Shown here piece by piece: positions 28,811-37,516 of a stretch of 64,000 nt of DNA (position 1 is its first letter; the number at the start of each line of letters is the position of its first letter). The notes beneath the pieces are model-generated. The model saw only the letters and a list, made by a program, of their open reading frames with translations, did no database searches and was not told where the DNA came from. Both the position numbers and the translations under genes were made by a program. Source of the stretch: a virus; IMG/VR virus record IMGVR_UViG_3300025895_000020, positions 404 through 64,403 of that record; one strand, 5' to 3'.

Positions 28811-29326
28811 ATGCTTGAATGGTGGCAAAGCGCGATTGAGCCCCACTGGCCTTTTTTGGTCGCCGCCGTGGTGTTCATGGTGGTCGGCCAAGTCATGAAG
28901 CGGAGCGTGTTCACGCGCCCTCGCGCGTATGCGGTGTACGTCGACCAGCTCCCGTACGAAACCAGCTACATGCCCGGCCGGCCGCGCGTGAAGCGCAAGG
29001 CCAAGTGGTTTTGGTGGTGGGCCTACAAGACCATGCCGCTGCACCCGGTCATGACCGGCGTCGTGCTCGGCTTCTTTGTCACGGCGGAGCCCGGCATGAC
29101 GCCGGGGCAGAGCGCGCTCTACTTCGCGGGCGCCGGAGCGATCAGCGTGTTCCTGTATCAGACGGCCAAGGGGCTACTGAAACGCAAGGATATCGAGCTG
29201 CCGATGCTGCCCGGCCAAAGCAAGAGCCCGTCGCTTCAGGTACACAGGCCCTTGCCCTTGCCCCCGAAGGTGCCTTCGGTGGCCAGGGTGCTCAAGGAGC
29301 TAGACGACAAGGATCTAGACGAATGA
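28811..29326 (+). CDS. Holin-like membrane protein
   Basis: About three hydrophobic segments and a charged C-terminus. Follows the tail genes. Confidence 0.5.
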   Translation: MLEWWQSAIEPHWPFLVAAVVFMVVGQVMKRSVFTRPRAYAVYVDQLPYETSYMPGRPRVKRKAKWFWWWAYKTMPLHPVMTGVVLGFFVTAEPGMTPGQSALYFAGAGAISVFLYQTAKGLLKRKDIELPMLPGQSKSPSLQVHRPLPLPPKVPSVARVLKELDDKDLDE

Positions 29327-29676
29327 CTTGGCCGTTGTGGCTCGTCAAAGCCGGGCGGTGGCTCAGCAAGAACACGCAAGCCGCGCTCGCCGGGCTCGTG
29401 CTCTTCTTTGGTGCGGGGCTCGCGTACACGTATCACAAACGACGCCTTGGGAGCGTGAAGGATCTCTTGGCGGTCGAGAAGGCCCAAAAGGAGATCGTGG
29501 CGCTGCAAACAGAGCGCAAGATGCTCGCGCAGATGGGCAGCACGCTCCAAGGGGATCTCGATGTGGTCGACATGCGCATCGATGAACGCAAACGGACCAT
29601 CGTCGCGTTGCACGAGGAAGCCGAAGGGCTCGACGATAACCAAGTGGCCGAAGCATTCGCTCGGCTCGGATACTGA
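29323..29676 (+). CDS. N-anchored membrane coiled-coil protein (i-spanin-like)
   Basis: ATGA coupling at 29323. One N-terminal TM followed by a coiled coil. Confidence 0.5.
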   Translation: MTWPLWLVKAGRWLSKNTQAALAGLVLFFGAGLAYTYHKRRLGSVKDLLAVEKAQKEIVALQTERKMLAQMGSTLQGDLDVVDMRIDERKRTIVALHEEAEGLDDNQVAEAFARLGY

Positions 29677-29685
29677 GGGGGACAC

Positions 29686-29781
29686 ATGAGCAAGCTCGAC
29701 AAAGTTGATACCAAGAAAATCGCCGTACTCGCCGCCATCGGCGTGGCCGTGATCATCGTCCTGTACGTCGTCTTTTCGTAG
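29686..29781 (+). CDS. 31-aa single-TM peptide (not in ORF track)
   Basis: RBS GAGGGGG. MSKLDKVDTKKIAVLAAIGVAVIIVLYVVFS. Its TAG overlaps the next GTG. Confidence 0.65.
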   Translation: MSKLDKVDTKKIAVLAAIGVAVIIVLYVVFS

Positions 29782-30242
29782 TGAAGGCCGCGATTCTGAT
29801 CGCGATATGGCTCATGGCTTCGCCGGCCGCTGCGGCGGAGCCTGTGCCGTCTATCGAGCTTTGCGCGCCGGGCGTGCAGATGCGCCGCGTTCAGATGAAC
29901 CACCATGGCAAGCCGGGGATCTGGTTCGATGCCCGCGTGGCCAAGTGCATGATGGTCCAGCTCCAAACCATCGATGCGCTCCGGGCTCAGGTCGCGGACT
30001 ACGAAGTGCGCACGGGCATGAACGACCAGTTCACGCTTTTGGTGGAGCGCCAGCGCGACTTGGCCGTGCTCGAATCGGAAAAGGCCGTAGGAGCCCTTCA
30101 GAGCGCCGTACGGGGACGGCGGGAAGCCGAGGAAGCCCTGAACAAGCCAGGGCGCTCACGGGCCTTGTGGTTCGCCCTAGGCATCGTTTCGGGTGTGCTC
30201 GTGATCGGCGTGAGCGCGTACGCGATCAGTGCGACTCGCTAG
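29781..30242 (+). CDS. Secreted coiled-coil protein with C-terminal TM anchor (spanin-like topology)
   Basis: Signal-peptide-like MKAAILIAIWLMASPAAAA, coiled coil, and C-terminal ALWFALGIVSGVLVIGVSAYAI. Confidence 0.55.
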   Translation: MKAAILIAIWLMASPAAAAEPVPSIELCAPGVQMRRVQMNHHGKPGIWFDARVAKCMMVQLQTIDALRAQVADYEVRTGMNDQFTLLVERQRDLAVLESEKAVGALQSAVRGRREAEEALNKPGRSRALWFALGIVSGVLVIGVSAYAISATR

Positions 30243-30616
30243 GTGTTGCCGGGCGGGTTACACACGTGGCGTACGAATTCGGGCTTGGGAAGCCCGTTAT
30301 CCGCAGAACGGCCCCTGTTTTTAGGGGTCGAGCTTCCAAACGGCGTGGGGGTCGACCGTTATCCCCTACGGCTGTTGGCTGATTACGGACCCCGCAAAGG
30401 GCCTTGAAACACGGGTGATACTGATTTCCGCAGGGGTGTACAACCTCTGCAACGCAGCGGCTACCCTGATTGCAGATCCCTTCCGCCGCGTTTCAGTCGT
30501 TCCGATAATCACGGCTAAGTGCCCGAACCCACACGGTAATCAACCCGCTACCAACACGGTTGAAGTAGCCAACTCTTTGCCGCTCATAGGTGAGTCTGTA
30601 ACCGCGATGTACCGGA

Positions 30617-30937
30617 CTACCCGCGCTCGATACGGTCGGCGAGCCTACGGAGAAGCCCCCCGACGAGCTGGCGTGTAGCCGGCCCGCTCTTGCGAATGGT
30701 GCGCGGGGGCTGCTTTGGGATGGGCACGCCATTGCTCATCGGGGGGTGGGGCTCGCGCCGCCGGAGGGGGCACTCTTCGGCGTGGTAGCCGTCCAGGCCA
30801 TCGCACTCCGGGCAGATGCGGCGAACAGGCCGGGCGACCAGCCCGTCTTCGGGAAGGGCGTCCGTAAGCCGCTGCGCGGCGTCGTCATCGGTGCCCGGTA
30901 CAAAGCCGAGAAGAGCATGGTGGCGGGGCTTCGACAT
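30617..30937 (-). CDS. Hypothetical protein with CxxC...HxxxC motif
   Basis: CPECDGLDGYHAEECP. Starts 5 nt after the stop of 30943-31527. Confidence 0.55.
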   Translation of the reverse strand: MSKPRHHALLGFVPGTDDDAAQRLTDALPEDGLVARPVRRICPECDGLDGYHAEECPLRRREPHPPMSNGVPIPKQPPRTIRKSGPATRQLVGGLLRRLADRIERG

Positions 30938-30942
30938 GGCGC

Positions 30943-31527
30943 TTAGGACGCTTCGCGGGAGAGCCGCAAACGTACGGTCAACTGGTTATCGCTCAGCTCC
31001 GCCGTGGAAGCTAGCTCGCCTTCGAACGCGCGCTTCATCCGGGCGAGCTTGGCCTTCTTTTGCTTCAACAGCGTCTTGCTCCGTTTGAGCTGGCGCTGTA
31101 GTTCTTTGATCCGATCTTCATTTTTGGCAGCGGCCTTTTGGAGCGCGACGAATTTGCGGTCGAGCGTGGGCTTGCCGCGCTTGCGCTTTTTCTTTTGCGG
31201 CACCTCATCGTACCCGGTCGTCGACGCGTCGTGGTAGACGCGGTGCAGACTCGCCTGACTCACATCCGGTTTGGCGCAGCGGACCATGCCATACGCTACA
31301 GCGCCTTCGGCTTGGCGCATGGTGAGCGTACTCTTCGGCACCGTGATGACGATGCGCCGCCCTTCGGCGAAGATGCGAAGATTGCGCGCCCGCGCTCGCG
31401 TTAGAAAGCGCACGGTGTAACTGGGAGCGGGCAACGCGTGCTGCTTAGCGACCTTCGCGCCCAGCGTGATCGCGCGTCGCAGTGCACGGCCGGAGTAGTT
31501 CGTATCGTTGACGAGCGTATGTGCCAT
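30943..31527 (-). CDS. Basic hypothetical protein with C-terminal coiled coil; predicted leaderless
   Basis: Start moved to ATG 31527 (MAHTLVNDTNY), 6 nt from the TATACT box. Confidence 0.65.
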   Translation of the reverse strand: MAHTLVNDTNYSGRALRRAITLGAKVAKQHALPAPSYTVRFLTRARARNLRIFAEGRRIVITVPKSTLTMRQAEGAVAYGMVRCAKPDVSQASLHRVYHDASTTGYDEVPQKKKRKRGKPTLDRKFVALQKAAAKNEDRIKELQRQLKRSKTLLKQKKAKLARMKRAFEGELASTAELSDNQLTVRLRLSREAS

Positions 31528-31533
31528 ACGAGA

Positions 31534-31561
31534 AGTATAGCATGCGTCGTATACGATGCAA
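31534..31561 (-). promoter_or_regulatory. sigma70-like promoter with operator
   Basis: Minus strand TTGCAT-16 bp-(TGC)TATACT. GTCGTATACGAT at 31546-31557. Confidence 0.7.
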
Positions 31562-32374
31562 ACGCGCCAACCCAGCGTTTTGCCAGAGAAGCGCCGGCTT
31601 AGGTGAGCCGGAGCACGAGCAAGATGAGGATCACGATGACGAGAACAGAGATTGCTGCCGAAGCGAGTTGGTTCAAATGCTTCATGGCCGGATCGTACGT
31701 GAGGGGCCGAAATAAAGAAGCCCCCGGAATGACTCGTTCCGAGGGCTTCCCATCCTACAACGTGGCTTCCACAACGAAGCGCACCCCGACCGTACCACGG
31801 ACGCAACTCTCCCGGTATCCCGCGTCCTGGCTCGGCGTCGCTTTACGTTCGGGGCTCCGCTTCGCTCCGCCCCGTGAGTCGGGAGCCTTCGGCCCCCTCC
31901 CATCTTTGAAAGAAGTGCCATCGGATCGAAACGCTTAGCGAAAGCGGCGATTTGATCCTCTTGTTGCGCACGCAACTGCGCACACACGCGAGGCGCCCCC
32001 GCTGTAAAAATCCGTTCTACTCCAACTAAGACCTAGACGTGCGCGTTGTAACGCCCGTGTACGCTTTTGCCGCTTGGGAACCTTCGATGGCCTACCATAC
32101 AGTTCCGCTCTGTCTCGCCACGCGCCGCTATAGATGCGCTCGTGTGGCTTTGTCCGTTGTTGGCTCTAGGTGTGATCGTCGATCCGCTATCGCAGCGCGT
32201 GTCGTAAACCCGCGCCCCTCTTGCACCCCGCCAAGTTGAATGGGCATTACGGCTCCCCAATGAGCTGCCCCCCGCGAGTTTACTAGCGATGCTTTGAAGT
32301 CGATCGATGACCCCACGGTGGGCTTGTAGATCGATCGTTTGGCGCTCCGCAAGACTCAAGAGCGATACAACCGG

Positions 32375-32398
32375 CGTCCCCTGGTAGGCCAGGGGACG
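32375..32398. other. Perfect 10-bp hairpin/inverted repeat
   Basis: CGTCCCCTGG-TAGG-CCAGGGGACG. Confidence 0.8.
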
Positions 32399-32678
32399 TA
32401 AGGCCCGGCGACCCATGTGGAAGTCGACTCGTGCGGGTCTGGCTAGCCGCCCTACCTCTTTTGGTAAAGTGTGGGTGCGCGAGAAGGCTGCCCCATGCAG
32501 CACCACATGGACGGCTTTGCTTCTACGTCGATTGCGGCCCGCGGATCAAGAGGGCCGTGATAGAAAAGGGACCGCCCTGGACCGATGTGGAACGACCCAG
32601 GGCGGTATATGCGCAAAAACAGGGGTGTTTTCGCTGATAGGTCGAGAAGTTACCAGACGCCCCCTACAAAAAGCAACG

Positions 32679-32701
32679 GCCTAGGTCTTGGGAACCTAGG
32701 C
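32679..32701. other. Perfect 8-bp hairpin/inverted repeat
   Basis: GCCTAGGT-CTTGGGA-ACCTAGGC. Confidence 0.75.
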
Positions 32702-32820
32702 CGCTACCGGCACGGACAACTAACTCTTGACGACACACCCTACACGGATTGGGAAATCCCGTTTCAGGATAACGGCATTGTGCCATTATCCTCTGAGTAG
32801 GGCAAGCACATCTAGGCCCC

Positions 32821-34191
32821 ATGATCCATTTGATTCGAAGCAATAGCTTCACCGATATCCTTGGCGCCCCGCAGTGGTTCCTAGACTACACCGCGCGCCA
32901 TCTGAGCATCCCCATCGAAGTGCGCCAGAAGAAAGGCGCGCGTTTCGGGAAGGTATGGTGGCACGAGGGGGAGCCGTGGGGCTCGCTCGTCCACGAGAAC
33001 CGGGTCGCCGCGGGGCTCACGCCGTACGTTGAAAAGCTCGCCGCGCACTACGGGCTCCAACACCAAACGCGGGATATTCGTCAGCGCCCCGAAGAACAAG
33101 TGCCGTGGTGGAGCCTGAACGTGAAGTGGCGGCCCTACCAAGACGACATTCACCAAAAGACGTGCACCACCCCCACGGGGATCATCAATGCGGTGCCACG
33201 CTCCGGCAAGACACTTATGGCTGCGCGGGTCATCGATTCCATCGCGCTGCCCGCGCTCTACATCGCGCCATCGGTCGCCATCGTGCGCCAAACCTACAAT
33301 GTGTTCGTTTCGCACTTCGGCGAACACATGGTCGCGCGGCTCGACGGCAGTGCGAAGCCGCACGAGCGGGATATCGAGAAGCCTATCGTGATTGCCACTA
33401 CACCAAGTGCAGTGCGCCAGTCACGCGAGTGGTTCGACACGCGCGGCGTGTTGATCATCGATGAGAGCCACCACAGTGCGGCCGAAACGTACCACCGGAT
33501 CAATCTGCTCGCGGAGAACGTGCACTACCGCTACTTATTCACAGGCACGAATTTTCGTTCTGGCGACGATACGCTGGCGATGGAAGCGATCTGTTCCCAG
33601 GTTATCCACAGGGTGACCGTCTCTGACTTGGTGCCCAAGTACCTCGCGCAACCGCGCGTCTTCTTTGCGCCCGTAAAGGGGCCGAAAGTGAGCGCGGAAG
33701 ACTGGCGGGCCGCATACGATAAGGGGATCGTCGACTACGAACCGCGCAACAGTCTCGTCGTCAACTTAGCGACGATGCTTTCACAGGATAACGCGTTGCC
33801 GACAATCGTATTGGTGCGCCGACGTAAGCACGCGACCTTGCTCGCTGAACGCATCCCCAATGCCGTCGCGGTCCGCGGTGGCGAGGCCGCTCTCACGAAT
33901 GATTCCATCGAAGATTTCCTTGCGGGCAAGGTGCAAGTGCTGGTAGGTACAACGGTCCTAGGAGAAGGTGTGGACGTGCCGCGAGCGGCGGCTTTGATCT
34001 ACGCTTCTGGGGGTGCTGAAGGGGTGTCGATGCTGCAATCATATTTTCGTCCGTTGACGGCCCACGAGGGCAAAGACCGGGCGTACATTTATGACTTCAT
34101 CGATTCGCAGCACCGTACTTTGCGACGGCATAGCAAACAGCGGATCGATTTTGCGCGGTTACACTTGGGAGACTGCGTGAACGCTCCGTGA
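32821..34191 (+). CDS. Superfamily 2 DNA helicase (UvsW/ResIII-like)
   Basis: NAVPRSGKT (I), IIDESHH (II), FTGT (III), VLGEGVDVP (V), QSYFRPL (VI-like). Confidence 0.9.
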   Translation: MIHLIRSNSFTDILGAPQWFLDYTARHLSIPIEVRQKKGARFGKVWWHEGEPWGSLVHENRVAAGLTPYVEKLAAHYGLQHQTRDIRQRPEEQVPWWSLNVKWRPYQDDIHQKTCTTPTGIINAVPRSGKTLMAARVIDSIALPALYIAPSVAIVRQTYNVFVSHFGEHMVARLDGSAKPHERDIEKPIVIATTPSAVRQSREWFDTRGVLIIDESHHSAAETYHRINLLAENVHYRYLFTGTNFRSGDDTLAMEAICSQVIHRVTVSDLVPKYLAQPRVFFAPVKGPKVSAEDWRAAYDKGIVDYEPRNSLVVNLATMLSQDNALPTIVLVRRRKHATLLAERIPNAVAVRGGEAALTNDSIEDFLAGKVQVLVGTTVLGEGVDVPRAAALIYASGGAEGVSMLQSYFRPLTAHEGKDRAYIYDFIDSQHRTLRRHSKQRIDFARLHLGDCVNAP

Positions 34192-34212
34192 CGAAAGGCA
34201 CTGGACGACACA

Positions 34213-34815
34213 ATGGGGACAACGGTTTGGGAAACCTTAGAGCACTATCATCAACTCAGAACGAAATACGGACGCCGGAGACCGCGTTCGATTGGGACAG
34301 AGAGGCGGAATTCAGACGCGAGGCATATCGAACAGTTTCTCGCATGGTGCACGACGCAACAGCTTCCCCCGCGGCTTTTCATGGAGAAGCGATTCGAGGC
34401 GATGTACCGGGCGTCGCACAAAAAAGTCGTTCCCCGAACAAGCCAGCTCGCAAGCGAACGTCTTGCCAAGTGCTGGTCACGGGTCGAGCAAGATCACTAC
34501 ACCGATCAGCACACCAAGCGCGTCACCAAAGCGCAAGGCACAACGGTGCAGATCGATGTGCGCGCGCTCGTCGCTGATCCGATGGCGTACCAAGAGGACG
34601 TGAAGCGTCAGAACGCGGGCGCACCCGAAGGCTGCCTCGCAATGCAGCGGTACTCAGGCGGTTACCATCCGAAGAGCGAGTGGTGCAAGGCGTGCACATG
34701 CAAAGCGCGTTGCAGCGATCAGCTCAAGACCGCACACGGCTTCGATGTAGTGGCGCTTCGCACAGGCCGTTACCAGCAAGTACCGAATCATATTCTTAGG
34801 GCAGCGTTTGCGTAG
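34213..34815 (+). CDS. Hypothetical replication-associated protein with C-terminal Cys cluster
   Basis: Lies between two helicases. WCKACTCKARC. Confidence 0.65.
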   Translation: MGTTVWETLEHYHQLRTKYGRRRPRSIGTERRNSDARHIEQFLAWCTTQQLPPRLFMEKRFEAMYRASHKKVVPRTSQLASERLAKCWSRVEQDHYTDQHTKRVTKAQGTTVQIDVRALVADPMAYQEDVKRQNAGAPEGCLAMQRYSGGYHPKSEWCKACTCKARCSDQLKTAHGFDVVALRTGRYQQVPNHILRAAFA

Positions 34816-34824
34816 GGGTGAGTC

Positions 34825-36189
34825 ATGGGGGTGTTCTCGTTCGATGCGAGCTTTCAAAGAGCGATCCTTCGCCTTTGCATGGTGGATGACGCGTTTTGCC
34901 TACGGGCTCTTCAGTGGTTAGAGCCGGCCTACTTCACGAGCCCGGCGTTCGGGTGGATCTTCAAAGAGATCGATCGGTACTGGCAAGAGTATCAAATGCG
35001 CTGCACGGAGATTCCGCTCCGCCAAGCGCTGCAACAGCTTCCCGACGATAAGCGCGCGCTCTACAGCCAAGAGCTAGAGGCGATCGTCAACTTGGGGCTC
35101 GTTCCCGAAGCCCCCTACATCCGCCACGAGCTTTCCGAGTATTGCAAGCGCGCGATGTTCGCCGACACGCATCAACAGGCGGCGGTGCACTTCAATCAAG
35201 GCCAGTTCGAAGAGGCGTACTCGATGACTTCGCAAGCGTCGGAGAAGATGGCGGAGATCGACTTCGGTGCCGAAGACCGGCAGTGGTTCTTTGACGAGCT
35301 GGGTGAGCGCCAAGTGGGTCGCTGGCAAAACCAAAGCGCGATGCGCCCCGAACCGTTCTTTACGGGCATCCATGATCTCGATGAGCGCACCAATGGGGGC
35401 GTGCACCGGGGCGAGCTATGGGTGGTCTTCGCGTACGCCAAGCGCTGCAAGAGCACGTGGCTCATCAATCAGGGCTACAACGCGCTGAACGTCATGGCCC
35501 GGCCGGTGCTGCACATCGTGCTCGAAGGGTCGGGCGCGCAGATCGCGGCGCGCTACGATGCGATCTTCAGCCAAGAGCTGTACACGAACGTCAAGCACGG
35601 GACGATCAACTCCACGGCCTACAAGGCCATGCACGAGCGGTACGCGCGGCTCAAAAAGAAGCTCGTCATTCGCACCCTGAACGATTGGGATGTGAACGTG
35701 CTCCACATTCAGGCCGAAATGGCCAAGCTCAAGGCGCAGAACTTCAAGCCTGAGCTGTTGCTCGTAGACTACATGGACCTACTTCGCTCGCGCACGCGCT
35801 GCGATAGTGAGACCCAGCACCAAGTCAACGCCGCTCGTGACCTGAAGCGGCTCGTGAACCAAGAGCAAGTCGCGTGTTGGAGCGCGTGGCAGGCGCAGCG
35901 CCCGAAGCCGGGCTCCCAAGAGCGGGAGCACACGCTCACGAGTAGCAACGTCGCCGACGCCTACGCCAAGGTCCGTATCGTCGACGCTTATGGGAGTCTG
36001 AACGCTACGGACGCCGAAATGGCGGAAGGCCGGATGCGGGTCTACATGGAAGGGCATCGCGACGCGCCGATTGGCCGGCTCTACACGATTCGCAATGACC
36101 TTTCGACCATGCGGATGATCACATCGGTTGAAGGGCCGGGGGAATCGATATTGCCGCCCCCAGATAGCTACAAGGGGGCAACGACATGA
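34825..36189 (+). CDS. dnaB: DnaB-like replicative helicase
   Basis: Variant Walker A AYAKRCKST, LHIVLEGS, Walker B LLVDYMD, WSAWQAQR, and ADAYAKVRIVD. Confidence 0.85.
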   Translation: MGVFSFDASFQRAILRLCMVDDAFCLRALQWLEPAYFTSPAFGWIFKEIDRYWQEYQMRCTEIPLRQALQQLPDDKRALYSQELEAIVNLGLVPEAPYIRHELSEYCKRAMFADTHQQAAVHFNQGQFEEAYSMTSQASEKMAEIDFGAEDRQWFFDELGERQVGRWQNQSAMRPEPFFTGIHDLDERTNGGVHRGELWVVFAYAKRCKSTWLINQGYNALNVMARPVLHIVLEGSGAQIAARYDAIFSQELYTNVKHGTINSTAYKAMHERYARLKKKLVIRTLNDWDVNVLHIQAEMAKLKAQNFKPELLLVDYMDLLRSRTRCDSETQHQVNAARDLKRLVNQEQVACWSAWQAQRPKPGSQEREHTLTSSNVADAYAKVRIVDAYGSLNATDAEMAEGRMRVYMEGHRDAPIGRLYTIRNDLSTMRMITSVEGPGESILPPPDSYKGATT

Positions 36190-37196
36190 TCAGCTTCGAG
36201 CGCGCGCTCCGGCAGTTCGATGTGGGTGGGTTCATTACCAAGGTCGGCGGGCAAAAGGAAAGCCGATCGAGCCATTCCCACGAATATCTCATGACGTGCC
36301 CGAAGTGCGCTTCCGAACGGCTCCGGTGGAACCATCAAAAAGACGCGTGGATCTGTTGGGGCTGCAACCGCCGTGGCAACACCGTGGCGCTCTTGCAGAT
36401 CGTCTTCGGGCTCGATGAGCAATCGGCGCTTCGCTACATTCTGGACGGCTACGAAGGGGGTGATGGGCAGCACACGAGCTTAGACGTGCAGAGCATTGCG
36501 CCGGCCACGCGCAAGCGCGCCACGCTTCGCCGACTTCCAACGATCCCGTGGCCCCCCGATGTGGAACGGCTCGACTACGTGCACGCGCACGCCCAAGCGT
36601 GGATCTACTTGCACCGTCGCGGTGTGTCCCAACAGCAAGCGGCGGCGTGGCGCTTGGGCTTCTGCCGGCACGGGTGGCTTCAAGGCTATCTCTTCTTTCC
36701 GGTCTACATGGACGATGGGCTCGTGTACTGGCAAGCGCGCGCCGCGTTTGATCCACCCGGTGGTGAGCGCAAGGGGTTCAAGAAGACCATGAACCCGAAG
36801 AGCGTCGAAGGTCACGCCACTGCGGGTGACGTGTTGCTCAACTACGATCGCGCACGGACCGAACAGCACGTCGTGGTGACCGAAGGGCCGTTCGATGCGA
36901 TCAAGGTCGGCACGCACGCCGTGGCGATGCTGGGCAAGGTGCCGACGCCGCACAAGGTTGCGCGACTTCTGCGCATGCGCGCGATGCGGTACACGATCTA
37001 TCTCGACCGCGGGCAAGAAGAGCGACGGTACGCCGAACAGTTGGCGAGCCAACTCAGCGTGCAAGCGCCGGTCTACATTGCTGAACCCCCCGAAGGTTAC
37101 GACCCTGGATCACTGACTCCCGAACAGAACGCGTGGGTGATCCAAAACGCCACACGCTACAAAGCACAGTTGAGCGAGCGTCCGCTAGCCCACTAG
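36186..37196 (+). CDS. dnaG: DNA primase (Zn-finger plus TOPRIM)
   Basis: CPKC...WICWGC zinc finger, VVTEGPFDAIKV and IYLDRG TOPRIM motifs, and DPGSL. Confidence 0.9.
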   Translation: MISFERALRQFDVGGFITKVGGQKESRSSHSHEYLMTCPKCASERLRWNHQKDAWICWGCNRRGNTVALLQIVFGLDEQSALRYILDGYEGGDGQHTSLDVQSIAPATRKRATLRRLPTIPWPPDVERLDYVHAHAQAWIYLHRRGVSQQQAAAWRLGFCRHGWLQGYLFFPVYMDDGLVYWQARAAFDPPGGERKGFKKTMNPKSVEGHATAGDVLLNYDRARTEQHVVVTEGPFDAIKVGTHAVAMLGKVPTPHKVARLLRMRAMRYTIYLDRGQEERRYAEQLASQLSVQAPVYIAEPPEGYDPGSLTPEQNAWVIQNATRYKAQLSERPLAH

Positions 37197-37385
37197 CGAT
37201 TCCCACTTGACCCGGTTCCCGGTCGCCTCTTGAATCTTGCGCGCGGTTGCGACCGTGGCTTTGCGTGTTCCTTTGAAAAGGTCGTGGATGGTCTGATAGC
37301 GGAGCCCGGTATCACGCGCGAGCATCGCCCGCGCTCCGTGCCCTTGCTTGTCACACCATTTTTGGAGTTCCGTTCGTTTGCTCAT
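37185..37385 (-). CDS. Cro/YdaS-like HTH transcriptional regulator; predicted leaderless
   Basis: ARAMLARDTGLRYQTIHDLFKGTRK...ARKIQEATGNRV. ATG lies 6 nt after CATAAT. Confidence 0.8.
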   Translation of the reverse strand: MSKRTELQKWCDKQGHGARAMLARDTGLRYQTIHDLFKGTRKATVATARKIQEATGNRVKWESLVG

Positions 37386-37391
37386 CCCTTG

Positions 37392-37420
37392 ATTATGGGT
37401 GACGCCCGTTGGACGGTCAA
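37392..37420 (-). promoter_or_regulatory. sigma70-like promoter for the HTH gene
   Basis: Minus strand TTGACC-17 bp-CATAAT-6 nt-ATG. Confidence 0.75.
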
Positions 37421-37464
37421 CCGTCCAGTTTTTTCAAGGGAAAAGACCCCTTTGCGATTATCCC

Positions 37465-37494
37465 TTGCATCGTATACGGTCAAGCGTCTATTAT
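37465..37494 (+). promoter_or_regulatory. sigma70-like promoter with operator (divergent from HTH)
   Basis: TTGCAT-18 bp-TATTAT. ATCGTATACGGT at 37469-37480. Confidence 0.7.
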
Positions 37495-37516
37495 GGGTGT
37501 GAAGGGAAAAGAAACC

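Noticed and set aside
30243-30300. Rho-independent terminator after the membrane cassette
   Set aside because: No stable stem followed by a U-tract at the expected position.
30953-30981. Additional operator/promoter (minus strand TTGACCGTACG)
   Set aside because: Only a half-site, no -10 at a suitable distance, and it lies inside a coding sequence.
31682-32506. Single minus-strand gene split by one TAG (32033-32035), suggesting read-through or recoding
   Set aside because: The two ORFs are in frame, but the translation has no recognisable motif or RBS, and TAG is used as a normal stop by many clear genes here (e.g. 1120, 16598, 29781).
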